The notes beneath the pieces were generated by a model. It worked only from the letters and a program-made list of their open reading frames with translations, was not told where the DNA came from and made no database searches. 64,000 nt of DNA. Source: Callorhinchus milii (Eukaryota). The DNA lies in NCBI RefSeq assembly GCF_018977255.1, contig NW_024704742.1, positions 99,078,001-99,142,000 of the forward strand, given 5' to 3'. Positions 63,410 through 64,000 of the stretch are shown here, piece by piece; position 1 is the first letter of the stretch; the number at the start of each line of letters is the position of its first letter. The position numbers and the translations under genes were made by a program.

Positions 63410-63493
63410 CTTTATTTGATCATGGGTGATGCTTGGCATGTTCTTCAGTAAGTTCAGGTAGACCCCACCAGGTGTTCTTCGGCGACTGCCGTC
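63410..63493 (-). CDS. PHAX: PHAX penultimate coding exon (RNA-binding domain)
   Basis: 84-nt AG/GT exon: DGSRRRTPGGVYLNLLKNMPSITHDQIK (RRTPGGV motif of the PHAX RNA-binding domain). Confidence 0.95.
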
Positions 63494-64000
63494 CTGCAGG
63501 GAAGAAAATGTAATTATGTGACATAATAAGTGACATGCCTCGCCAAAGAAAATTCCAAACAGCATCCTAACGGCATGCAATTGCAACTTCACTGATCGCA
63601 CAACTGGTGACAGTACACAAACCCTGGATTATCAGCTCTGCCACATTCATTTCCTGTGCATTCGCACAGAAAGCCGCCAGCATTGGAATACGTAACCTAA
63701 CCTATCAGTGTGAGTAGGTTTGATTTGTGCATTATCACTTTCTGCAATACTCTCAGTGTGCAGAAATTGATGTTGGCAGCAATCTGATGATGTGGATATT
63801 GGATATGTGGTTAAAAAAAAACTTGGTAAAGTGTAGCTTTTCAATCCTTTGTTTCTCATTTTATGGACTTAATTAATGGTTCAAGAAACAGCTATCGCAC
63901 AACTTATTGTGGTTTTATAACTAGATTTCACACACTTCCTAGATGATTAAGTACTAGAACATTTTATTTTAAAAGTTCCTACTATCCAAGTACCCGACAA

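Overview
Vertebrate genomic DNA, most likely a cartilaginous fish (chimaera/shark-type repeats: tRNA-derived Deu-type SINEs, L2 and CR1 LINEs, a Penelope-like remnant). The ORF track is mostly noise because the genes are spliced. Reading exons by hand gives four genes, all on the minus strand. In transcription order they are the last two coding exons of PHAX (~61.9-63.5 kb), TEX43/SPMIP10 (two clear exons, ~51.1-54.9 kb), a six-exon JTB-family gene starting in a CpG island (~40.1-47.0 kb), and LMNB1 exons 1-8 (25.4 kb down to 1.6 kb; exons 9-11 were not found and probably lie beyond the window start). PHAX-TEX43-LMNB1 matches human 5q23.2 order. The JTB-like gene is the unexpected member: human JTB lies on 1q21 near LMNA, so this may be a retained whole-genome-duplication paralog. 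There are apparent 1-bp frameshifts in LMNB1 exon 6 and JTB-like exon 4, both at short homopolymers. Other points of note are Penelope-associated hammerhead-ribozyme-like motifs and a SINE/L2 pair sharing a 3' stem-loop. Family assignments rest on my recollection of the human proteins and repeat consensus sequences, not on database searches.
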